DNA of 64,000 bases from Candidatus Latescibacterota bacterium. GTDB taxonomy: Bacteria; Latescibacterota; UBA2968; SICM01. The notes below the pieces were generated by a model. It was not told the DNA's origin. It saw nothing but the letters and a program-made list of their open reading frames with translations, and ran no database searches. The stretch is from the NCBI GenBank assembly GCA_965217865.1, contig CBDCJO010000002.1, positions 256,001 through 320,000 on the forward strand, read 5' to 3'. Positions 44,413 through 55,068 of this stretch are shown here, piece after piece. The translations under genes were made by a program, and so were the position numbers. Each line of letters opens with the position of its first letter. Position 1 is the stretch's first letter.

Positions 44413-45207
44413 ATGGTTAATAGAGATTTTACTTCCATAGCTGAGTCATACGACTCGTCAAGGAACATTCCGGATCACGTATTGAGCACCGCATTTGATC
44501 GACTCGTGGCCAACGACCTCCTACCCGACCGCGGTCGGGTCCTCGATATAGGCTGTGGAACGGGCCAACTGGCTCTTCCGTTGGCGAGGCGAGGGTACGA
44601 CGTAGTCGGAGTAGATATCTCCGAGGCCATGCTTCGAATCGCTACTGAAAAAGCAGACCCATCGTGGTCCCTTGACTTGCAGGTGGGCAAGGCTGAGTCA
44701 CTTGAGTTTCCCGACGCCTCTTTTGATGCGATCGTTATTTCCAAATTGCTCCAGCACGTGGGGGAATGGAAAGCTGCAATAACCGAAATGGTGCGAGTTG
44801 TACGCCCCGGTTCACATATTATCCACGTCAACGAGACCGGCGCTTTTCGACACTCAGTGCGGCGTCGCATGGAGCACCTGGCCGACGAAGCGAGCTACAC
44901 CCATAGATACGCCGGCACAATTGACCATAACGAGATAGCGGCAGCGTTCGAGGAGCTTGGTTGTATACGGCAAGAAATCAACTGGCCGGATCTCACCTGG
45001 AAATTCCAAATTAGTTTTGGTGCCGCGATCGAAGCATTTGGGTACCGCCAGTTCGCAGAATTCTGGTGTATTCCAAATGACCTATACGACGCGATGATGG
45101 AAAAACTGCGCGCCTGGGCGGAATCCCTTGAAGGCGGCTTCGAGACAACGGAAACTATGGCTCCATGTTTGAAGATCGTAGTCTTCACTGTCGCGAGCGA
45201 GCGATGA
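44413..45207 (+). CDS. Class I SAM-dependent methyltransferase
   Basis: VLDIGCGTG, VGVDISEAML, FPDASFDAI, RVVRPG; AAGG RBS. Confidence 0.9.
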   Translation: MVNRDFTSIAESYDSSRNIPDHVLSTAFDRLVANDLLPDRGRVLDIGCGTGQLALPLARRGYDVVGVDISEAMLRIATEKADPSWSLDLQVGKAESLEFPDASFDAIVISKLLQHVGEWKAAITEMVRVVRPGSHIIHVNETGAFRHSVRRRMEHLADEASYTHRYAGTIDHNEIAAAFEELGCIRQEINWPDLTWKFQISFGAAIEAFGYRQFAEFWCIPNDLYDAMMEKLRAWAESLEGGFETTETMAPCLKIVVFTVASER

Positions 45208-45274
45208 TAATATCCACTAGCCCTGATCGCGCTTAGGAATCAGCACGCTCCCAGACCTTGGACCTAGGTGAAGG

Positions 45275-45516
45275 GTCCTCCATATGTTCGCTACGATTAC
45301 CAGATCTTCAATCTCATGAGGTTCTGTGAGGCAGTTGCACCTGACAAAGGCAATGTCAAAGTGGAGCTTGTAACAGCAGCGGATTCAGACTTTGAAACAA
45401 CTGAACTGTCCGCCAAGTTTGAAGAACTCCAAAATAACCTTATACAGGGTCGGGTCCTATTTACGTATAGCTTTGACAGTAATCTACACGACCGTTGGAT
45501 TGAGTCTAATACTGGA
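45275..45516 (+). pseudogene. MIT_C/PLD-like domain scrap (as at the C-terminus of BrxL)
   Basis: PYVRYDYQIFNLMRFCE...LHDRWIESNTG; cut by IS256. Confidence 0.65.
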
Positions 45517-46405
45517 TGCGGGGTCTGCTCGGAGATGGGGCGCCGTTGTCTTCATCGTCGATTGCCCGACTCCGCGGCCAATGGGAAACCGACTACCAAA
45601 CCTGGCAGGAACGACGCCTGGATGATCGCGAGTTGGTCTACGCCTGGGTCGACGACATCTACGTCAAGGCCGGGCTCGAGAAGGATAAGGCGTGCCTGCT
45701 GATCGTCATCGGGGCCACGAGCGACGGCCGCAAAGAGGTTCTCGCCATGGTGCCCGGATACAGGGAGTTTACCGAGTCCTGGCTGGAGGTCCTCAGAGGC
45801 TTACGTGATCGTGGCTTGAGCCCCCCTGCTCTCGTCGTCGCCGACGGCAATATGGGAATCTGGTCCGCGGTCAATCAGGTCTGGCCACAGACCCGGCAGC
45901 AGCGGTGCTGGAACCACAAGGTCCTCAACGTGCTCAACCAGATCCATAAGCGCCAACAGGTCCAGGCTCGGGCGTTGCTCGTTCAGATCCCCTACGCCAA
46001 CACCCTTACAGATGCCGGGAAGCTCCGCAAGAAGTTCATCGCACGATACCAAAGCCAGTTCCCCAAGGCAGTTAAAGCCCTTGATCGAGACTGGGATCGA
46101 ATGCTCACCTTCTTCGACTTTCCGGCAAAACACTGGAGACACCTGAGAACCACCAATGTCGTCGAAAGCCCCTTTGCCTCCGTCCGCCTGAGAACCAACG
46201 CGGCCAAGCGATACAAAAAGATCGTTGCGGAAAGCGCCCTGATCTGGCGCACACTGATGGTCGCTGAAAAACGCTTCCGACGACTCAACGCACCCCATCT
46301 GCTAAAGGATGTCTACGCACAGCACCACCGCAAAAACAAGATCACTATCGACTCGGGGAAGAAGCTGGCCGCCTGACCTTTTTACACACCTCTTGACGAG
46401 AGCTC
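45517..46405 (+). mobile_element. IS256-family element, 3' part with right end; 5'-truncated
   Basis: ~530 bp inverted match to 40815-41345; LRTTNVVESPF; terminus cacacctcttgacgagagctc. Confidence 0.9.
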
Positions 46406-46537
46406 CCTTGGAACAAAATTCTCAGCTTAGCAAGAGACACACATTCATCAATCAGGACAGGACGATCTCGGTGAGGGACGTGAGATTGAAATCACTCAAC
46501 CCTTTTGGAGACAGAGATCGAATCTAAGAGGAATACC

Positions 46538-49129
46538 ATGGAGCAACCGAAGAACAAGAAAAAGCGTGAGGTTGAGAACTACATGCATACCGGCAAGGAG
46601 CGTCTAAACAACCCGCCCGTTGGCTTGGTCACGCCGGAGACGGACAAGGATGCGGGCAAGAAGACCTACGTTTATGATCCACACCTAGATCCGCAACTCG
46701 TCTGGGCCGGGAAGGCCGAGTACACCTCGTTCGATGTCCCCACCGTATCCCTGCATGTCCACGAGCGCATTGACCCGTGCGTCATCGTGCAGGTGGTGAG
46801 AAAGCGCAACGGAGCGGGGACGCAGATATCCATGTTCGCGGCTCCGGAAGAAAACCCGCCGATCCGCCAAGCCATTGAGTTCTACAAGCACAGGCACAAT
46901 TGGAAGAACCGCCTGATCGCGGGCGACAGCCTGCTGGTGATGAACAGCCTGCTTGAGAAGGAGGGCCTCGGTGGGCAGGTGCAGATGGTCTATATCGACC
47001 CACCCTACGGCATACGCTACGGCTCGAATTTCCAGCCCTTCGTCAATAAGCGCGACGTGACCGACGGCAGGGACGAGGACCTGACCCAGGAGCCGGAGAC
47101 GATCCGCGCCTTCCGCGATACATGGGAGCTCGGCATCCATTCCTACTTGGCCTATCTGCGGGATCGCTTGCTATTAGCGCGGGAGCTTCTTCACGAAAGT
47201 GGAAGCTGTTTCGTGCAGATCGGAGATGAAAACGTCCATCGTGTAGGCTTAGTGATGGACGATATATTCGGCGCGGAGAATCGGTTGGCGACCATCTCGT
47301 TCGCCACGACGAGTGGCAGTTCTACGTCTCACTTGCCACAGGTAGCAGATTATTTGCTGTGGTACGCCAAGGACAAAGATCAAGTGAAGTATAGGCAATT
47401 GTATGAACCGCTCACGCGGCGCGAGGTGATCGAGTCCTTCAGTTGGCACGTGATGATAGAATTACCCGACGGGCAATGCCGCAAGCCGACGCCCGAAGAA
47501 AGTTTCGACCCAGACAAGTATCTACCGAATGGCGCGCGCATCTACCGGCGTACAGGTCTGGATTCGCAAGGTGTTTCCATGACCGGCCGTTCAGAACCCT
47601 ATGAGTGGAACGGCCGCGTCTTTCGTTGCGGCAATGCTCGGCACTGGGCGATCTCCAGAGAAGGCATGGACCGACTCTCCGAACTGAACCGGTTGGAGGC
47701 GCTGGAGGGACAGGCCTCATTGATGTGGAAAAAATACGAGGACGAGGTGCCGGGTCGAAGAATTAACAACATTTGGCCGGCACAGATGTATCCGAGTGAC
47801 AAGCGCTATGTGGTCCAGACCTCCGCAAAGGCGATTCAGCGCTGTATCCTGATGACCACGGACCCAGGCGATCTGGTATTTGATCCCACTTGCGGGTCAG
47901 GCACCACGGCCCATGTCAGCGAGCAGTGGGGCCGAAGGTGGATCACTTGCGACACCTCCCGCGTGGCGACAGCCTTGGCCAAGCAACGCCTCATGACGGC
48001 GAATTTCGACTATTACGAACTGGCTCATCCGGATGAAGGGGTTGGGGCCGGTTTTCGTTACCACAGCGTCGCCACCGTATCGGCGAAGACACTCGGCTAC
48101 CGCGAGCCCCCCGCCGAAATCATGCTTTACGACCGTCCCAGGATCGACCGGGGCAAGGCTCGTGTCACCGGTCCTTTTACGGTCGAAGCGGTGCCCGCGC
48201 CTGCGGTTAAGCCTCTGGACGAAATTGAAGAGTCCGCAGCGCCCCCTGCGGACGCCTCCGTGTCGCGTGCGGGGCAAACCTTGCGTCAGGCTGATTGGCG
48301 GGACGAACTGTTCAAAACGGGCATCCGCGGCAAGGCCGGGCAGCGTATCTCATTCGCTCGTCTGGAGCCGTTGCCTGGAACCCGGTGGTTGCATGCCGAG
48401 GGCGAGACCCGCCCTGACGAATCCATGGCTGAGGCGTCCCGCGAACCCGCGCACGATCCCGAGCGCCTCGTGGCCTCTTTCGGGCCGGACCACGCGCCGA
48501 TGGAACAGCGGCAAGTGGCTCTCGCCATCGAGGAGGCACAAAGCCTCGTCCCCAAGCCGAAGGTCATCGTCTTTGCGGCTTTCCAGTTCGACCCCGAGGC
48601 GTCCAAGGACATCGACGAGACCAATTGGCCCGGCGTCACTTTGTTGAAGGCGCAGATGAACGCCGATTTGCTGACCGACGATCTCAAGAAGGAGCGCGCG
48701 AACAACGAGAGCTTCTGGCTGATCGGCCAGCCGGACGTGGAGGCCGAGCGAATCACGGAAGGTGGTGACAAAGGCAAGCTCCGCGTCTCGGTCCGGGGTT
48801 TTGACTATTACAACACCAAGACCGGCAACGTGGAATCGGGCGGTAGGGACAGGATAGCCATGTGGATGCTCGACACCGACTATGACGGGCGCAGCCTGTT
48901 TCCCCGCCAAGTGTTCTTTCCCATGGTCGGCGACAAGGATGGCTGGGCCAAGCTCGCACACAATCTCAAAGCTGAGATCGACACGGACCTGATCGAAGCC
49001 TATCGCGGCGTCGTCTCCCTGCCATTTGAGCTTGGCAAGCACGGACGAGCGGCGGTCAAGATCGTGGACGATCGCGGCATCGAGAGCCTGAAAGTGGTCG
49101 AGGTGGATGGCGCATGCGACAGGAGTTGA
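46538..49129 (+). CDS. mod: Type III restriction-modification DNA methyltransferase (Mod)
   Basis: NRLIAGDSL, YIDPPYGI, FDPTCGSGTT, WMLDTDY, AVKIVDDRG; GAGG RBS. Confidence 0.92.
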   Translation: MEQPKNKKKREVENYMHTGKERLNNPPVGLVTPETDKDAGKKTYVYDPHLDPQLVWAGKAEYTSFDVPTVSLHVHERIDPCVIVQVVRKRNGAGTQISMFAAPEENPPIRQAIEFYKHRHNWKNRLIAGDSLLVMNSLLEKEGLGGQVQMVYIDPPYGIRYGSNFQPFVNKRDVTDGRDEDLTQEPETIRAFRDTWELGIHSYLAYLRDRLLLARELLHESGSCFVQIGDENVHRVGLVMDDIFGAENRLATISFATTSGSSTSHLPQVADYLLWYAKDKDQVKYRQLYEPLTRREVIESFSWHVMIELPDGQCRKPTPEESFDPDKYLPNGARIYRRTGLDSQGVSMTGRSEPYEWNGRVFRCGNARHWAISREGMDRLSELNRLEALEGQASLMWKKYEDEVPGRRINNIWPAQMYPSDKRYVVQTSAKAIQRCILMTTDPGDLVFDPTCGSGTTAHVSEQWGRRWITCDTSRVATALAKQRLMTANFDYYELAHPDEGVGAGFRYHSVATVSAKTLGYREPPAEIMLYDRPRIDRGKARVTGPFTVEAVPAPAVKPLDEIEESAAPPADASVSRAGQTLRQADWRDELFKTGIRGKAGQRISFARLEPLPGTRWLHAEGETRPDESMAEASREPAHDPERLVASFGPDHAPMEQRQVALAIEEAQSLVPKPKVIVFAAFQFDPEASKDIDETNWPGVTLLKAQMNADLLTDDLKKERANNESFWLIGQPDVEAERITEGGDKGKLRVSVRGFDYYNTKTGNVESGGRDRIAMWMLDTDYDGRSLFPRQVFFPMVGDKDGWAKLAHNLKAEIDTDLIEAYRGVVSLPFELGKHGRAAVKIVDDRGIESLKVVEVDGACDRS

Positions 49130-49443
49130 GCCGGATGCTTGGCCGGGAGGTGGATCTGATCGAACCCAGCGCCATCGAACGGAACCGCAACTACATTCGC
49201 CGCGTCGCCTGCACCAGAACGCTATTCTCAAAGCCATCGAGATCATCGGCGAGGCCACGGCCCGTATCGGCTGGGACAGACAGATGCGCCCCGGTATTTC
49301 ATGGCCGAAATCATCGGAATGCGGAATCGTCTCGTACATGCCCATTTCGAGGTGGACCTGAAGCGTGTATGGAAGACCGCACAACAGAATATCCCCCGTC
49401 TCATCTCCCTCATCGAACGCTGGTACCGCCGGAGGCTGTATGA
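49114..49443 (+). pseudogene. Remnant of MNT-HEPN (DUF86/HepT) toxin-antitoxin pair
   Basis: LGREVDL..., AIEIIGEA, IIGMRNRLVHAHFEVD in shifting frames. Confidence 0.75.
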
Positions 49444-49764
49444 TGGACCGGACAACTATTGACCGCCTGTCTTCGACCTTATTCCTCTGTCAACCGGATT
49501 CGGCCGGGGGATCACGAAGCGACTGGTTGGGGCACGAACTCAGAGTTCGATAGCCATCGGTTTTTCTTCTGCCAACTGGGGGCCGCCGAGACGCTGATCT
49601 GGCTCGTCGAGGCGCCAGCGGCCGATAAAGTTGGCGTGGAGTTTCCGTCCGATGGCGGAGCGTTCCAGCGTTTATGCACGAAGATGGCGACCGGCTCGGT
49701 GAAGACCGTCGTCATGGCCATGTTCATCGCATGGCGCACCTGGAAGGGCTGCTGGCAGGGTTGA
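49440..49764 (+). pseudogene. Remnant of type III Res subunit
   Basis: RFFFCQLGAAETLIWL and RLCTKMATGSVKTVVMAMFIAW (degenerate Walker A). Confidence 0.75.
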
Positions 49765-50289
49765 AGTTGTTCCGGTAGAGTTCTCGATTCATTGCCTTGC
49801 CTCCAATGGCCCTGCCATGTCGGCCTGACCGGGCTTCGACGCGGGCCGAGACCGACGCCTTGCTGGCCCAGTCCGCCTCAGAAAGATTGACAGATCCGGA
49901 CGACATGCCCGATCCGCCCCACGGCGTCGGCTATGAGCCGGCTTGGCGCACTAGGCACTTTCCGGAAAACCCGACGCACCGGTGAGATCCTCTGTTTGCA
50001 CACTGGCGAACCGAGTCAGCGGCTGGGCGATAATGCCAGACACCGTCATCAGGAACACTGGGTAGTGTCTCAGTTTAAAAAGCTTAAAATATGTATATGG
50101 CGATCGTTGATCGCATCGCTCTAAGGAAGGAGTAAACATTTCGAAGGGCCGAATGGAGAGCGCCGGCAAGCCAGTGTAATAGGCTACGCCGTGACGGTGG
50201 CTCGTGTCGCCATCGGCGAAATCGAGGAAACAAGCTACAAGTAGACCGCTAAGGTCAAGAGTGGCAGGACCGGGGTGATGGCAGGACAC

Positions 50290-50378
50290 GGCCTGGAAAA
50301 TGATGATGCAGATTCGCAAGGCAATGAAGGAGGCCGATCAACACGAACTTCTGACGGGCGTGATTGAGATAGACGAGC
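50290..50378 (+). mobile_element. Short IS1595-type transposase scrap
   Basis: TAWKMMMQIRKAM...LTGVIEIDE. Confidence 0.55.
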
Positions 50379-50479
50379 ATCTTGTGGGCCTTATTGACTG
50401 TCTTAAGGCGATTCAGACGGACGCCCTTCAGCCCCCTGCTGATCACCAAAGCGAACACGTAAGATAACGTGAGAAAGCG

Positions 50480-52801
50480 ATGAACAACAAAACACGACTC
50501 CTCGGCCCGCTCTTGACCGATCCTGACAAGCTCAAGAGACAAGCCGCCAAGTGTCGGGATGTCTTTGGCCAAGTTTCCGTAGCAAAATCGGATGTAGAAG
50601 CCTATCTCAAAGATGGCTGGGAAGTCGACAAGGAGCTTAAGCACAAGACGCATCTCAAACGAAGACGTGCGGCTGACGAGTTGCTGGAGAATCGCGTCTG
50701 GCTGCTTCTGTTTCTCTTGGGCTACCATGAACTCAATGATGGACGCAAGTTTTCTATCCTTGTCGAGCGTAAAGGTGCAGATCCAATCCGAAAGCAAATC
50801 GACGTCTTCGCAAAGGACGAGGAAACGGTGATTGTGGCTGAATGCAAAGCATCAGAAAAGTTGAAATGTAGGAGCTTGCAGAAGGATATTAAGGAACTCG
50901 CAAACCTGAAGGGCCCTCTTGCGAATGCCATAAAGAAACACTACGGTTCTAGTTTCAAGCCGAAAATCATATGGCTCTTTGTGACTCAGAACATAATCTG
51001 GTCCAAGCTGGACAAAGAACGTGCTGCAGGGGAAAAAATCCGCACGATCACAGAGAAAGAGCTTCCCTACTACAGCCAAATCGCTAATCATCTGCGCATG
51101 GCTGCCCGGTTCCAGTTCTTGGCAGAGTTTCTGAAGGATCAGAAGATCCCAGAACTCGCGAATCGGAAAGTCCCAGCGATCCGCGGCAAGCTCGGCGGTC
51201 ATACCTTCCATTGTTTTGTCACAACGCCAAAGGAGTTATTAAAAATTTCTTTTATTAACCATCGGTCCCTGAATGACCCAGACGGCGCACCTACTTATCA
51301 GCGACTCGTCACCCGTTTCCGAATGAAACAGATCAAACTGTTCTTGCTCGACGGGGGATTCTTTCCAACGAACATCCTCATTAACTTCACGAGACAGGTC
51401 CGCTTCGAGACTGTTTCCAAAGATGACAAGGCAGACGTTGCGTACGGGTACCTCTACATGCCCGATCGATACAGATCTGCGTGGGTCATCGACGGACAGC
51501 ACCGCCTCTATGGATTCGCCCTACTCAATGAGAAGCATCTCAGCCAAAACATCGTCGTCATTGCTTTTCATAGACTGAGCAAGGAACATGAAGCGAATCT
51601 CTTTGTGACAATCAACCATGAACAGAAATCTGTTCCAAAGAGTTTGTTGGACGACTTGGAAGGTGAACTGAAATGGGACTCCGATGTCCCCTCAGAACGC
51701 GTGGGAGCGATCAGCGCCCGTTTGATTGGCGGCCTCAATGCAGATATAAACGGGCCCCTCTATGAACGCGTAACACAGCAAGGCATAATAGCAACCGAGA
51801 AAACCTGCCTCACGGTCCCCGCGCTCAAAGATGGATTGCGGCGGTCTGGGCTCGTCGGCAAGTCCATACTGAAACGTAAGGAATACGAGCCCGGGGCGTT
51901 GTGTGGAACAACAGATTCAGAAACTCTTGACCGGGCTAGAGCAGCGTTGAATCAGTATTTCTCCCTCATACGATCCAGTTCTCCGACGCAATGGGAAATG
52001 GGGACAAGCGGGTTCTTTTGCTCCAACGTCGCGCTCCAAGCATATCTGCAGCTCTTGGCTGCCCTCGTGGCTTACATGGAGACGAACAAAGGCCTGAACG
52101 CACAAGAGTTGACACCGGAAGAGATCCTCTCGAATGTAGAGGAGTACTTGGACCCAATCCTCAAATGGCTATCTGATGCAACGCCCGTTGACATAGAAAA
52201 AACATTTAAGGTCCAGTTTGGGTCTGGTGGTCCTCGAGAGTACTTCTTTAGATTGTGCCGAATCATCAAGGCGGAGTTTTCTGATTTCGAGCCAGAAGGC
52301 ATGGGCGCGTGGGAACAAGAACAGTCGACAGAGCGCATCGAAATGGCAGATCGAAAGTTGAAGGAACTCAACATCCTTGTACAAAAGTCTATATTTGGCC
52401 AGTTCAAGGCGAAATATGGCACCGAAAAAAACGCATATTGGGAGAAAGGGGTTACCGACAGGAAGATTAAAATGCGTGCATATGAGAAGTCCCAAGATGA
52501 CGACATGGAAAAACGACTTCCTCTTGAGAATTACCTCAACTTCATTGAGTATAAGAATATCGTGGACAATAAGACTCATTGGCGCCTTTTCAAGCCCGTC
52601 TTCGACATTCCGGAACCTGGAGAAAAGGGATACTCCAAGAACGTGCGCTGGATGGAGAGGGTCAACAAACTACGGAGGATTCAAGCGCATCCTACTGAAA
52701 GCCGACGTTATAGGCTTGATGACTTTGAGTATATCGACTATATATACGAGCAATTCACCACCAAGCGGCAGGAGGCCGTTTCCACCGGGGAATTGGAGTG
52801 A
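50480..52801 (+). CDS. DGQHR/DndB-domain protein with N-terminal PD-(D/E)xK nuclease and C-terminal Swt1-like HEPN domain
   Basis: QIDVF...VAECK; YQR, FPTNI, VIDGQHRL, LFVTIN.EQK; LRRIQAHP. Confidence 0.88.
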   Translation: MNNKTRLLGPLLTDPDKLKRQAAKCRDVFGQVSVAKSDVEAYLKDGWEVDKELKHKTHLKRRRAADELLENRVWLLLFLLGYHELNDGRKFSILVERKGADPIRKQIDVFAKDEETVIVAECKASEKLKCRSLQKDIKELANLKGPLANAIKKHYGSSFKPKIIWLFVTQNIIWSKLDKERAAGEKIRTITEKELPYYSQIANHLRMAARFQFLAEFLKDQKIPELANRKVPAIRGKLGGHTFHCFVTTPKELLKISFINHRSLNDPDGAPTYQRLVTRFRMKQIKLFLLDGGFFPTNILINFTRQVRFETVSKDDKADVAYGYLYMPDRYRSAWVIDGQHRLYGFALLNEKHLSQNIVVIAFHRLSKEHEANLFVTINHEQKSVPKSLLDDLEGELKWDSDVPSERVGAISARLIGGLNADINGPLYERVTQQGIIATEKTCLTVPALKDGLRRSGLVGKSILKRKEYEPGALCGTTDSETLDRARAALNQYFSLIRSSSPTQWEMGTSGFFCSNVALQAYLQLLAALVAYMETNKGLNAQELTPEEILSNVEEYLDPILKWLSDATPVDIEKTFKVQFGSGGPREYFFRLCRIIKAEFSDFEPEGMGAWEQEQSTERIEMADRKLKELNILVQKSIFGQFKAKYGTEKNAYWEKGVTDRKIKMRAYEKSQDDDMEKRLPLENYLNFIEYKNIVDNKTHWRLFKPVFDIPEPGEKGYSKNVRWMERVNKLRRIQAHPTESRRYRLDDFEYIDYIYEQFTTKRQEAVSTGELE

Positions 52802-53637
52802 ACACATTCTCAGAGACATCTGTTAAGCCGTTTCTAAAGTGGGCTGGCGGTAAAAGATGGTTTGTTGCCAATCACTCCCGTATCCTTACCGCGTCATATC
52901 GGCGGTACTTTGAGCCCTTCGTTGGGAGCGGAGCCGTCTTTTTCCACCTCCGACCGCTGAGAGCTGTATTGGCAGATAGCAATGCAGCGTTGATCAACAC
53001 CTATCAGGCTATCCGTAGCGACTGGCGAAGTGTCTGGAAGAAACTGCGCAACCATCAGAGACAACATTGTGTTGCCTATTATTACCACGTACGTAGTTCT
53101 CAACCGATATCGCCAGCGGGTATGGCTGCGCGTTTTATCTACTTGAATAGGACCTGTTTCAACGGGCTATACCGAGTCAATCGGAATGGTGAATTCAACG
53201 TTCCAAAGGGTACTAAGAAAACCGTCGTCTTTCCGGATGACAACTTCCGTGCTGTGGCTATGGCGTTGCGCAACTGCGAACTTCGTGTGGCAGATTTTGA
53301 GGAAGTACTCGACAGGGCACAGAACGGAGACTTCGTTTACATAGATCCACCGTACACGGTGCGCCATAACAACAATAATTTCTTGAGGTACAACGAGAGT
53401 ATCTTTCGTTGGGAGGATCAGGTCCGGCTGGCTAAAGCCATGTATAGAGCCAATCGACGTGGCGCACTGATAGTCATGAGTAATGCCAACGCCAGTTGCA
53501 TTCGAGAACTCTATCGCGAGTTTGGTGTCATGTTGGAAGTATCACGGTGCAGTGTACTGGCAGCGGATTCGACGAAGCGCAGGAATACTACAGAGTTGAT
53601 CGTGACAAACATGAAGGAAGTGGGAATTGAGAGATAG
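52798..53637 (+). CDS. dam: Dam-family (D12 class) adenine methyltransferase
   Basis: PFLKWAGGKR, EPFVGSGAV, LNRTCFNGLYRVN..GEFNVP, YIDPPY; GTGA overlap with upstream stop. Confidence 0.92.
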   Translation: MNTFSETSVKPFLKWAGGKRWFVANHSRILTASYRRYFEPFVGSGAVFFHLRPLRAVLADSNAALINTYQAIRSDWRSVWKKLRNHQRQHCVAYYYHVRSSQPISPAGMAARFIYLNRTCFNGLYRVNRNGEFNVPKGTKKTVVFPDDNFRAVAMALRNCELRVADFEEVLDRAQNGDFVYIDPPYTVRHNNNNFLRYNESIFRWEDQVRLAKAMYRANRRGALIVMSNANASCIRELYREFGVMLEVSRCSVLAADSTKRRNTTELIVTNMKEVGIER

Positions 53638-53709
53638 GATTTCGGGGAAAGAAGGAAAAAGCAAACCAACCAGTCCAACTGACCGTCAAGTGCCAGGCGG
53701 TCCCCCGTG

Positions 53710-53935
53710 GGAGGGTGTAAATTTCTTTGTGTAAATGGCCATAATCTCCCAGAATTCCTAATAGTATGGAACCCATCAACAAAGGAGGAGATATGGCAAA
53801 ACCAGAAGAAGAGCGTGACCAGCTGCTCAATGAGTTGGTAGACGAGTTTGTCGAAGACTGCAAGAGTGCTGAAGATCTACTGTGGTGAAAACGGGATCGT
53901 CAAGCAGTTGATGAAACGGGTGTTGGAGCAGAAAT
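53710..53935 (+). mobile_element. Left end and first codons of a different IS256-family element
   Basis: ggagggtgtaaatttctttgtgta end; EDLL-GENGIVKQLMKRVLE with frameshift. Confidence 0.6.
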
Positions 53936-54149
53936 TATGGAATCCAGCCCCCCCTTGGCCCGGAATCGGCCGCTGAGGCACGGAATCCGGCCCGTGTGCG
54001 ACTTTAATTCGGAATCCGGGCAACGGATGCGACCTCCACAAAAAAAGCGACCGTGGCAGCCTGGTTCGACGTTTGGGAACGTCCCCCGGTATGTATTCAC
54101 TGGAGCCGGACCAGTTCTCCCGAATTTGAGCAGTTCCGCGTCGGGGTTG

Positions 54150-54410
54150 AACGAAGCTCGCCCCGCGCCCGCGACATCCTCGCGGGCAAGAACCCCGCCG
54201 AGGACATCCGCATGGAGAAGCAGACGCCGACCTTCCGCGAGTTCACTGACGAGTATCTGCGCCGTGCGGTCCGCACTGGAAGCCTTCGGGACGCAAGACC
54301 GTGCGTATATACCTCAAGGCCCGCATCCTGCCCGCCTTCGGCAAGATGCCCATCGACCGAATCGGTCCCGAAGACGTGGCCGCGTGGTTCGACACGGCGA
54401 GCAGGCGGCA
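54150..54410 (+). pseudogene. Tyrosine integrase N-terminal scrap
   Basis: TPTFREFTDEYLRR; YLKARILPAFGKMPIDRIGPEDVAAWF. Confidence 0.65.
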
Positions 54411-55068
54411 ACCGTCATCGCCCGCGCCATGAGGTTCCGGGTCAAGATCGCCATTCCCTATACACTGTTACTCGCCAATTTCGAATTTTTCCTCTTCGCT
54501 GTGAACATACTTTCCCAACCAGTTCCAAAAATCTTGTTTGAATATCGACAGAAGTTTGTCAGGTGTTTCTTCGCCATCTAAGGAATATTTGGGAAATTTT
54601 AAATTTGAGATTTCGGGAAGAAGGTTGTCTAGTTCTTTATGATCTCCTTGCCAGGAGGATTATCGAAGGCAGGCCATACAAAACTATCGAAGAGCTTCTA
54701 AATGTGAGAGACATCAGACCGGCAAAACTGAATGCCATCCGGCCGCACATAACCACAAACTAGCACTTACCCTCTAAAGAGGGTGCGATCCATGGGGAGC
54801 TAATATCGAGTTGGTGGGCCGGGTGAGTTTCTTTCAGAGCGCGTCAGCGATCGTCTTCTGTGGGGGCTTGTCTCAGGGGCTTGGGAGAATGGACAGACTG
54901 ATTGGGGGAAAGCATGAGCGTTGAGCCAATCAGCATATTGACCGCGATCGTGGCGGTGGGAGTGGTCTTGGCCGAGGCGGCGATGTTCGCCTGTCTGAGC
55001 TTCGCCCGCCTGCAAGGCGTCGAGGCTGATCGCGGGCGGCCCTAACTGCGGTGGGAAGGGCGGTACGA

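Noticed and set aside
45275-45516. A BREX system
   Set aside because: Only a BrxL-like C-terminal scrap; no pglZ, brxC or pglX in the window.
50480-52801. A Dnd phosphorothioation locus
   Set aside because: A DGQHR domain is present but there are no dndA/C/D/E or ssp genes.
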